From: a virus | Lineage: Duplodnaviria > Caudoviricetes | DNA length: 37,525 nt | Reading direction: 5' to 3' (one strand) | Virus record (IMG/VR): IMGVR_UViG_3300002307_000121 | Span: 1 to 37,525 of that record | In this document: in pieces, positions 28,744 to 35,711 of the stretch | Layout: each line of letters begins with the position of its first letter | Position numbering within the stretch: the first letter of the stretch is position 1 | Position numbers and translations under genes: made by a program | The notes under the pieces: generated by a model | The model's input: only the letters and a program-made list of their open reading frames with translations | What the model was told of the DNA's origin: nothing | Databases searched by the model: none

Positions 28744-28872
28744 ATGCATCTTCCTTAAGAGTAAGCAACTCTTTTCTTGTATAAATAGAAACATAATCAC
28801 AGTCAACACATTTTACTAAGGGAACTGTGATTTCTAAAACAGTGATGTTTCCGCACTTCTTGCATTCATATT

Positions 28873-29034
28873 TCATCGTTTTGGTTTTCTGTTACCAAAA
28901 TGATTTTTCCATGCTTCATCTGTGTAAGCTGGACCCTGTCTACTCAATAGCAGGTCCTTTTCATGTGGATCCATGTTGATCCATTCTTCATGCGTAAAAC
29001 GCTTACCTGACTTAGCTAATGTCATTGCTGGCAT
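28873..29034 (-). CDS. Small hypothetical protein
   Basis: MPAMTL start after AAGGAG; the upstream part of the track ORF overlaps tRNA-Glu and is discounted. Confidence 0.55.
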   Translation of the reverse strand: MPAMTLAKSGKRFTHEEWINMDPHEKDLLLSRQGPAYTDEAWKNHFGNRKPKR

Positions 29035-29051
29035 AACTATTCTCCTTTCTT

Positions 29052-29128
29052 TGGTAGCCCGGACGAGATTCGAACTCGCACTTTCATCCGTGAGAGGGAT
29101 GCTTCCTCGCCAATTAGAAGACTGGGCC
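29052..29128 (-). tRNA. tRNA-Glu(CTC)
   Basis: CATCC-CTCTCAC-GGATG; CCA. Confidence 0.9.
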
Positions 29129-29133
29129 GTTGT

Positions 29134-29438
29134 TGGTGGCAGGACTAATTCGTAACCGATGCAAGATGTATACAGGCTAGCTACGCCCTTCAATACAAGA
29201 TCCGAAACTTACCAACCCACTTAGTAGGCACAGACAATGTTAACTAGTATAGTCTGTGTTCCTGCCTTTGGCTCTAAAACTCGTAGCAAACTTGGGCTTC
29301 TTACCCCATCATATACTCGGCGCAGCCATGTCCGAGGCTTAGTTACTACCGTGTTTCGTATGCATCCTACGCACGGCTATGAAATTGTTCCTCAGCAGTC
29401 TGGGGGCTTTTAACTTTGTCCCACCTTTTAGTCCTACC
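29134..29438 (-). ncRNA. Candidate ~305-nt CCA-terminated stable RNA
   Basis: 5' GGTAGGACTAA pairs with 3' TTAGTCCTGCC, followed by ACCA; no T-arm; no ORF. Confidence 0.55.
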
Positions 29439-29505
29439 GTCGCTGAGGCTTAGTAGGAAGTGCTTTCTCGCTTGCAACGTTCATGACCGTCTTGGGCGAT
29501 TTAAC

Positions 29506-29591
29506 TGGAGGACGTAGTGAGGCTCGAACTCACAAGGCATTTCTGCGGCAGATTAAGAGTCTGCTGGACCAACCAATTGTCCAATACGTCC
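29506..29591 (-). tRNA. tRNA-Lys(CTT) with long variable arm
   Basis: GCAGA-CTCTTAA-TCTGC; variable region CGCAGAAATGCCTT; U73; CCA; 86 nt. Confidence 0.85.
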
Positions 29592-29737
29592 TAAAATATG
29601 TTAATCACTCTTGATATATTCTCTTATATCGCAAAGCAGGGATAATGTCAACCTTTTTTTTAATTGGAGATAAATAAAGATGTAGTTCGCGGAATGGGGA
29701 TTCCCAACTACTCTAACACGGTAAAGGAGTATCAGCT

Positions 29738-30370
29738 ATGTGTATTTATTGTGGAACCACCAAATATCGTAAGATTTATGAGAATCATATAGGTCCCATA
29801 CCAAAAGATGGTGAGGGTAGAACCTATGAGATTCATCATAAGGATGGGAACAGCAAAAACAATCACCCGGAAAACTTAATTGCATTATCTATTCAAGAAC
29901 ACTATGATGTTCATTATAAACAAGGTGATTGGGGTGCGTGTGCCTTTATTGCACAGTATAGATTAAATCACACTAAAGAAGACATTAGCGAACTTGTTAG
30001 GAGAGCCAACTTAGCAAGGGTAGCGAAAGGTACACATCCGTTTATGCGTAGAGCAGACGGAACTTCCATTGCGTCAGATAGAATGAAGGATGGTACTAAT
30101 CCATTCCTAACAATCACCGCCGAGAAAATGAAGGATGGGACACACTACTTTCTTAGTGAAGAACATTCTAAAAAATCAAGGTCGCGCCAGCTTTCTCTTA
30201 TAGAAAATGGGACACACAACTTTCTTGTTGAAAAAGAATGTCCTCATTGTCAATATAAAGGTCAATCAGTTATCATGGCTCGTTGGCACTTTGATAACTG
30301 CAAACTGTCACCTAACTATGTGCCAAAACCTAAAAGAAAATACAAGAAGCGGAAGAACCAGACCACCTAG
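29738..30370 (+). CDS. Free-standing HNH endonuclease (paralogue 3)
   Basis: MCIYCGTTKYRKIYENH, EIHHKDGNSKNNHPENL, GTHxFL repeats, CPHC...RWHFDNC. Confidence 0.88.
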   Translation: MCIYCGTTKYRKIYENHIGPIPKDGEGRTYEIHHKDGNSKNNHPENLIALSIQEHYDVHYKQGDWGACAFIAQYRLNHTKEDISELVRRANLARVAKGTHPFMRRADGTSIASDRMKDGTNPFLTITAEKMKDGTHYFLSEEHSKKSRSRQLSLIENGTHNFLVEKECPHCQYKGQSVIMARWHFDNCKLSPNYVPKPKRKYKKRKNQTT

Positions 30371-30496
30371 CAATTCAGCAATATACGACCGTCCATTCGG
30401 GATTCACCCGCTTCTTGTTGGTTTTGTGTCAAGGGACTAATCGTCACTTGATATACTAGATATACATTACTTCTCGTTGCTTGTCAACCGAAATTT

Positions 30497-30727
30497 TCAA
30501 TCTTCGTACAAAAATTCTTCGTTAAGATGCCGGCGAACACGGCGGCGAGTAATCTGCTTCACGGTGCGCTTGTCACGGCCCCAGTATTCATCCCAGGTGT
30601 CGTCAGAAGTGCCGCGACAAGAATTCTTCTTGGAAAACCAGTCATTGGTAGCGTGATGCTTCACGCCGCGATTATCGCAATCAGAACCAGTGATAGCCTT
30701 CCAACCAATGCGACGAGTACGGCTCAT
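30497..30727 (-). CDS. Small basic hypothetical protein
   Basis: AAGGAG RBS; Arg-rich. Confidence 0.6.
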   Translation of the reverse strand: MSRTRRIGWKAITGSDCDNRGVKHHATNDWFSKKNSCRGTSDDTWDEYWGRDKRTVKQITRRRVRRHLNEEFLYED

Positions 30728-30738
30728 GTTAATTCTCC

Positions 30739-30987
30739 TTAATCATTGAAGATGATTGCTTCGCAGCAACCAAGCGACTGACGATATTTTACAAATCGAA
30801 GATCGCTTTCATCACGATCAACTTTAATTGCGATGAAGGGGTTGCCGTTACCGACTCCCGGAATCATAAACTTGCGGGGAAGACCCCTACGACCTTCAAG
30901 CTGCTTGCCGTGAGCAAGCATAGAAACTTCCGCAGTGAAAGTATGCAGCGAAGTTTCGTCAAAGAATTCACGCTTTATAGTGTGCAT
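30739..30987 (-). CDS. Hypothetical protein
   Basis: Probable start MHTIK; packed in the operon. Confidence 0.5.
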   Translation of the reverse strand: MHTIKREFFDETSLHTFTAEVSMLAHGKQLEGRRGLPRKFMIPGVGNGNPFIAIKVDRDESDLRFVKYRQSLGCCEAIIFND

Positions 30988-31181
30988 GTTGCTTCTACTT
31001 GGTGTTAAGAACATAAAACCAAAGACGGGCAAGATCAGTGTCATTAGTAAAAAACAACACTAAAAATACCATCAGAAGATCGAGGCGAATGCTAACTGAA
31101 AAATTGCGCACTTGCTATCTCCTTGCTATACATTTTATATAGCAAAATGGGCAAACAATGTCAACCAAAATTATCCAAAAT

Positions 31182-31538
31182 CTACAAAAATTCTTTCCTA
31201 CAATATACATCTTCGCTATAATAGCAGTTAGATTCGCCAAGGAATCTGATAGTGACATAACCTTTAAATGTAGCGAAATTGTAAAAAGTATAGGTATAAC
31301 TTTCACTCTGGCAAGTTCCAGGATCTTCTGCGTTAGTATCTTCTCTAGCAATTAACAAAGGCCAACGCTCTAAATCTTCCAAATCACCGATGATTTCTTC
31401 TACAGACACGGTTTCACAGCAGTCCTGATCATGATAAAGGGTATAACGCACTTCGTCATTTTCAAAAGTTACAGTATCAATGTCACTGTATACTCGGGAG
31501 AAAGTCTGACCTAGCATTTCAGATACATCACATCCCAT
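31182..31538 (-). CDS. Conserved phage hypothetical protein (HxQDCCE motif)
   Basis: YHDQDCCETV...TFY..AT.KGYVTIRF.GESN.YYSE; AAGGAG RBS. Confidence 0.75.
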   Translation of the reverse strand: MGCDVSEMLGQTFSRVYSDIDTVTFENDEVRYTLYHDQDCCETVSVEEIIGDLEDLERWPLLIAREDTNAEDPGTCQSESYTYTFYNFATFKGYVTIRFLGESNCYYSEDVYCRKEFL

Positions 31539-31558
31539 AACTTTCTCCTTTCTAAAAA

Positions 31559-31634
31559 TGGTAGACCTACCCGGACTCGAACCGGGACTCCGGGATTAAA
31601 AGTCCCGTACTCTAACCCATTGAGTTATAGGTCC
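31559..31634 (-). tRNA. tRNA-Lys(TTT)
   Basis: CGGGA-CTTTTAA-TCCCG; CCA. Confidence 0.95.
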
Positions 31635-31643
31635 ACTTAACTT

Positions 31644-31717
31644 TGGTGGTTCCGGGAAGAATCGAACTTCCAATACCGGTTTATCAGACCAGCGTTATAC
31701 CGTTTAACTACAGAACC
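31644..31717 (-). tRNA. tRNA-Ile(GAT)
   Basis: CTGGT-CTGATAA-ACCGG; CCA. Confidence 0.93.
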
Positions 31718-31726
31718 AAATTCTTT

Positions 31727-32053
31727 TTATTTCTTTGCCTTTGACAGGTCCCAATGTAGTCCATCTAGACCATTAAAGTTGAAAACTTTCTCCAACTGTT
31801 TTCTATGCTCAGGATATTGTCCCCACATACGAAGTGCAAGATATCCAACTACATAAGCTGGACAATAACCATTCGTCTTGATAGCATCGTTAACTAAGTC
31901 TTCCAGCATCCCCGCTACGATTGAATAATTAAATTCAGAACCCTTATCAACTACATGGTAGTCAATGCCTTCTTGAGTTAGTCCCCAATTCAATATGTCT
32001 AGCAGACGACGGGTTTCACTAACAACTTGTTCAGGAGTAAGAGTATCTGTCAC
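31727..32053 (-). CDS. Hypothetical protein
   Basis: 108 aa ORF filling an inter-tRNA gap. Confidence 0.55.
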   Translation of the reverse strand: MTDTLTPEQVVSETRRLLDILNWGLTQEGIDYHVVDKGSEFNYSIVAGMLEDLVNDAIKTNGYCPAYVVGYLALRMWGQYPEHRKQLEKVFNFNGLDGLHWDLSKAKK

Positions 32054-32075
32054 TATACAACCCTTTATTCAAAAA

Positions 32076-32154
32076 TGGAGGGCCGGGCTGGAATCGAACC
32101 AGCCTAGTCACGCTTTGCAGGCGAGTGCATAAAGCCCTTCTCTGCCACCGACCC
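32076..32154 (-). tRNA. tRNA-Cys(GCA) copy 1
   Basis: CTCGC-CTGCAAA-GCGTG; U73; CCA. Confidence 0.9.
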
Positions 32155-32162
32155 ATTAAACT

Positions 32163-32444
32163 TTACTTCGTAACAACCGTTACATTATTCTGATCAACAG
32201 TAGTCTTGCCCTGTGGAACAGAATGTGTTTCGGTAGTAGTCACCGTATTCTTGCATTCAACATAGAAAATGCGCGACGGGCGATCTGCACTGTGATCAGC
32301 GACACGAACATCGCCGGCGTAGTTAAGGACGCAACCTTCAGGAAGTTTTGACTGTGCCACACGCATATCATAATCTTGATCTTGCGGTGTAGCATCACAT
32401 GCTGCAAGCGCAAAAATCGGTACAAGAAAAAGAACATTCTTCAT
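32163..32444 (-). CDS. Small putative lipoprotein
   Basis: Lipobox LAAC. Confidence 0.65.
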   Translation of the reverse strand: MKNVLFLVPIFALAACDATPQDQDYDMRVAQSKLPEGCVLNYAGDVRVADHSADRPSRIFYVECKNTVTTTETHSVPQGKTTVDQNNVTVVTK

Positions 32445-32458
32445 ATTTCACCTTGAAT

Positions 32459-32540
32459 TGGAGGGCCGGGTAGGAATCGAACCTACTTTACTTACGAAGC
32501 GGATTTGCAGTCCACCGCATTCCCAATCTGCCACCGGCCC
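32459..32540 (-). tRNA. tRNA-Cys(GCA) copy 2, with enlarged variable region
   Basis: GTGGA-CTGCAAA-TCCGC; 12-nt variable region; U73; CCA. Confidence 0.85.
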
Positions 32541-32548
32541 ATTAAATA

Positions 32549-32734
32549 TTACCTATTTACCACGTTGAGCAATTCTTTCATGTCATCGACTGTTTCAACA
32601 ATCTTGAAAGCCGGCTCATTACCTACTGTCTTTACATAAAGATTACCTGCACCATCGTCAACTACACCAACGAGGTGTGCAGTGTTGATGATGATCGGTG
32701 CGCCAGTGTCTTTACCGATAACAGTGATGAACAT
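32549..32734 (-). CDS. Small hypothetical protein
   Basis: 61 aa; GGAG RBS; own promoter. Confidence 0.6.
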   Translation of the reverse strand: MFITVIGKDTGAPIIINTAHLVGVVDDGAGNLYVKTVGNEPAFKIVETVDDMKELLNVVNR

Positions 32735-32822
32735 TTTTAACTCCGTTTTCTCAGCTTATATCTTGTTATAGCAGAGCTTAGAGTGAATGTCAACCGTTAT
32801 TTTCAGATTGTTTATAGAAACT

Positions 32823-32912
32823 TGGCGGAGAGTGAGGGATTCGAACCCTCGGTACAGTTACCCGTACAACACCTTAGCAGGGTGCCGCTTTCGACCACTC
32901 AGCCAACTCTCC
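32823..32912 (-). tRNA. tRNA-Ser(GCT)
   Basis: GCACC-CTGCTAA-GGTGT; long variable arm; G73; CCA. Confidence 0.95.
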
Positions 32913-32922
32913 GTAATACTAT

Positions 32923-33621
32923 TTACACGAGTATTTGATTCTCGTATAATTCTTTCTTTTTCCAAACAGTCAGCGTTTCATTGAACTGCGACCATTTGCA
33001 CCGATCAAGCGCGGTTTCATAACCTTTGACTTCTAGATACCCTCCTAATTCTTCAACAAAGAAATCAGGGGTATAGTGACTAAGTGTGCCTTTAAGGTTA
33101 ATATACGGGAAGCGCCTGGTATTTCTCTTCCACATATATCCTTTATTATCTAACCATTTAGCAACCGCTAACTCCCAAGAACCATCTACCCAAACAGTGC
33201 CGGCGATAGGAGATGTGTATTGTATCTTGGCGCATCTTCCTGCCTTCGGCATCCATCCTGATTCGTACCTAGCAATGATATTTTCTCTTGCACGAGCCGA
33301 ATGTTCTGATTTCTGCTGCGGTGTCAGCCTACTATATGAATCGTTACCTTTATTGCTACTTGACCGAACAGCGCGGTGTAATAGAGCATCGGTTCCGTAT
33401 ATGTCTTCGTAGGTTTTGCCTTTTAGCGCGGAACCGCCGCTGTTACCTTTAGGATGACCGTTTTTCCAATAAGAATCTCCCATCATTGCCCGCTTGGCTT
33501 TAACTCGTTCGCTATTCTTAGTCTTCATTGCTGGACAAGAACTTGATGAATTACTGCAACAGTGTTTACCGTTTTTTAGAGTTTTTGATGCTTTTGTACC
33601 ACAGCCATAATCACAAATCAT
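32923..33621 (-). CDS. Putative homing endonuclease, PD-(D/E)XK type with N-terminal Cys cluster
   Basis: CDYGCG...CC.....CP N-terminus; SWE, YTPDF and LEVKGY motifs; ATAAATA late promoter; abuts tRNA-Ser. Confidence 0.7.
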   Translation of the reverse strand: MICDYGCGTKASKTLKNGKHCCSNSSSSCPAMKTKNSERVKAKRAMMGDSYWKNGHPKGNSGGSALKGKTYEDIYGTDALLHRAVRSSSNKGNDSYSRLTPQQKSEHSARARENIIARYESGWMPKAGRCAKIQYTSPIAGTVWVDGSWELAVAKWLDNKGYMWKRNTRRFPYINLKGTLSHYTPDFFVEELGGYLEVKGYETALDRCKWSQFNETLTVWKKKELYENQILV

Positions 33622-33686
33622 ATACTAATTTCCTTATATGATCTATTTATCATTTGCTTGTTAATTAAGTGGTTTAAGCCGTATTC

Positions 33687-34091
33687 TTATATATTTAGAT
33701 GTTTTTTCGCATTTTCAATATAACCAATAATTCGTTCTTTCCCTGCAGGGTTCATTGAATGAACAACATACTTGGGAAACTTGCGACCTTTTTCAGCGCA
33801 ATAATCAACTAGCCACTTTGCACAATCATAACCTGTCTTTTCAGAGCCATAGTCTACGATAGTTTCAAGTTGCTTAACTGGATTGCTTTCATTTTCCTTG
33901 AGCATAGCAGCATAGTGTTCATCTGCAAGATCGTGGTCGAAACACACGAAAGCAGGAATTCCGCCCTGAGAGACTTGATTAATAAATGCCTCATAATTGC
34001 GTACAGTAAATGTTGCTTCGTATCTAGGAAATTCAGCCCAAGTTACATCATCGGGGTTTCTTACATCATCAAGAAACAATACATATGACAT
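33687..34091 (-). CDS. Cyclic-phosphate-processing receiver (REC-like) domain protein
   Basis: LFLDDVRNP, FDHDL, TGYDCAKWL and VHSMNPAG motifs; true start MSYVL lies after tRNA-Ser. Confidence 0.8.
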   Translation of the reverse strand: MSYVLFLDDVRNPDDVTWAEFPRYEATFTVRNYEAFINQVSQGGIPAFVCFDHDLADEHYAAMLKENESNPVKQLETIVDYGSEKTGYDCAKWLVDYCAEKGRKFPKYVVHSMNPAGKERIIGYIENAKKHLNI

Positions 34092-34109
34092 AATGAGCCT
34101 TTCTAATCT

Positions 34110-34199
34110 TGGCGGAAGCGGTGGGATTCGAACCCACGGTACCCTCTCAGGTACGCTGGTTTTCAAGACCAGATCAATCGGCCGCTCTGACACGCTTCC
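34110..34199 (-). tRNA. tRNA-Ser(TGA)
   Basis: CTGGT-CTTGAAA-ACCAG; long variable arm; G73; CCA. Confidence 0.95.
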
Positions 34200-34389
34200 A
34201 TGTTAATATTTATATGCGTATTGTTGCACAGCTATAAAAATCTCGAACCTATATCATATTCGTTAAATAAACTTATAGCAAAAAAAGTTTTTATGTCAAC
34301 CCCAATATGTCTAAACTGTTCGCTAGCTATCAAAGAAGTAAGAAATTTTGTAGTTCGTCATTATACTCAGGAAATTGCGTTTAACGATT

Positions 34390-34466
34390 TGGTGGACAGG
34401 GTGGGATTCGAACCCACGACCTAACCCTTATGAGGGGTCAGCTACTAACCACTGAGCTACCCGTCC
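34390..34466 (-). tRNA. tRNA with CAT anticodon (Ile2 or Met)
   Basis: GACCC-CTCATAA-GGGTT; C4-G69 hints at a lysidine-type Ile2; third CAT gene in the window. Confidence 0.85.
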
Positions 34467-34668
34467 ACACTATCGTATTTGATAAAAGAAAGGGGCGCAA
34501 GCTACCTGAGACTTATTAGTATTATGTAGCTATAGTGCTGTCATTTAAGAACTAAGCGTTTGTCTATGATCCGCGCACTTCACACAGTCGCCGTTCCCCC
34601 GTATTCGTTATCGTCTATTTTCTCAATATAAGATAGTTTTAAGTGAATGTCAACACCTATTTTATAGC

Positions 34669-34759
34669 TGGTGTGCCACCTCGGATTCGAACCGAGATCG
34701 TCCCCTAATCTGGGCTCCGGGATATAAATCCGGCCGCTCTACCGTTGAGCTAATGGCAC
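34669..34759 (-). tRNA. tRNA-Ile(TAT) with long variable arm
   Basis: CCGGA-TTTATAT-CCCGG; ~20-nt variable region; A73; CCA; 91 nt. Confidence 0.75.
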
Positions 34760-34766
34760 ATTAATC

Positions 34767-34852
34767 TGGTGCGCAGGGTTGGATTCGAACCAACGTAGCC
34801 TTTCGACGGCGGATTTACAGTCCACTGGTATTAACCACTCACCCACCTACGC
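34767..34852 (-). tRNA. tRNA-Tyr(GTA)
   Basis: GTGGA-CTGTAAA-TCCGC; class II variable arm; CCA. Confidence 0.95.
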
Positions 34853-34853
34853 A

Positions 34854-35090
34854 TTAAAGAAATTTATGCAACCAACCGTTAGCAAATTCTTGTATTTCAT
34901 TGTCGGCTGCAAAATATAGATCCATATTCTGTATTGCATCTAGTGTGTCAAGAACATCATCTTCTTCTACACCCATACAACGCAAACTATTCAAGTAAGC
35001 AGTTAGATCCGGGTCAAATCCGAATACTTCCTGTAGCAGACTTTCTCTAGCATTCACCTTACTAAAATCAACATGGATTACATTATTCAT
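34854..35090 (-). CDS. Hypothetical protein
   Basis: 78 aa; AGGA RBS; lies between tRNAs. Confidence 0.6.
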   Translation of the reverse strand: MNNVIHVDFSKVNARESLLQEVFGFDPDLTAYLNSLRCMGVEEDDVLDTLDAIQNMDLYFAADNEIQEFANGWLHKFL

Positions 35091-35105
35091 TACAATTCCT
35101 ATGTA

Positions 35106-35182
35106 TGGTAGCCCCGACGGGTTTCGAACCCGCTTCTCCGCCTTGAAAGGGCAGCGACCTTCACCGAGAAGTCCCCGGGGCC
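35106..35182 (-). tRNA. tRNA-Glu(TTC)
   Basis: CTGCC-CTTTCAA-GGCGG; atypical G8; CCA. Confidence 0.88.
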
Positions 35183-35238
35183 ATTATATTAATAAATTTT
35201 AGAAGTTTATGAGCCAACATAGCTGGCTCATATATAAC

Positions 35239-35376
35239 TTACTTTTCCTGCTGCTTGGAACCTTCTACTGGGCGACCACCGCCTCCGCCGGTGTTTGCAG
35301 GTGGATTTGTAGGTTGACTGCAAGCAGCCAAAGTAGTAAGTGCTGCAATAACAGCAATAGTAACGATCTTCTTCAT
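35239..35376 (-). CDS. Small late lipoprotein (45 aa, not in ORF track)
   Basis: MKKIVTIAVIAALTTLAACSQPT...; GAGGA RBS; TATAAATA upstream; hairpin downstream. Confidence 0.7.
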   Translation of the reverse strand: MKKIVTIAVIAALTTLAACSQPTNPPANTGGGGGRPVEGSKQQEK

Positions 35377-35449
35377 ATGTTTTCCTCTCAAAACGAGACC
35401 CTTTTAAAGAGTCAAACTATTTATAGTGATAAACACACGATGCCAATAA

Positions 35450-35587
35450 ACTTGTTACGCTAACACTGACTCGAACTGTAAAGGGATCGAACCTAAACCT
35501 GGGTCCTTGCCAAGGTCCCGTGCTACCGCTACACTACCTGTTCCTTCAATGCTTGCAATCATAGGAATCAGTGTTAGCGAAACAAGT
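35450..35587 (-). ncRNA. tRNA-like element (GGC anticodon loop) enclosed in a 20-bp helix, no CCA
   Basis: D-arm GTGT-AGCGGTA-GCAC, arm GGACC-TTGGCAA-GGACC and T-loop GGTTCGATCCC, all inside ACTTGTTTCGCTAACACTGA/TCAGTGTTAGCGTAACAAGT. Confidence 0.6.
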
Positions 35588-35711
35588 CTAAAATTAACTC
35601 CAACCAGCAGTATTATCATCCTTATCACGTATACCGTTGATGATAGCTATTGCTACTGAAATTGCAATCATGATAATTATGATCTTAATCATAAATTACT
35701 TTCATTTAGTT

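Noticed and set aside
29134-29500. tmRNA (one- or two-piece)
   Set aside because: Despite the ACCA end and pseudoknot there is no T-arm, no G3.U70 (it is U3.G70) and no convincing ANDN...AA tag frame.
14916-30370. IscB/HEARO-type RNA-guided HNH nucleases
   Set aside because: The proteins lack PLMP and RuvC motifs, and the upstream RNA motif (~57 nt) is far smaller than an omegaRNA.
34092-34193. N-terminal extension of ORF 33687..34193 (likewise 29035..29193 of ORF 28873..29193)
   Set aside because: These extensions run through tRNA genes; internal ATGs downstream of the tRNAs are the plausible starts.
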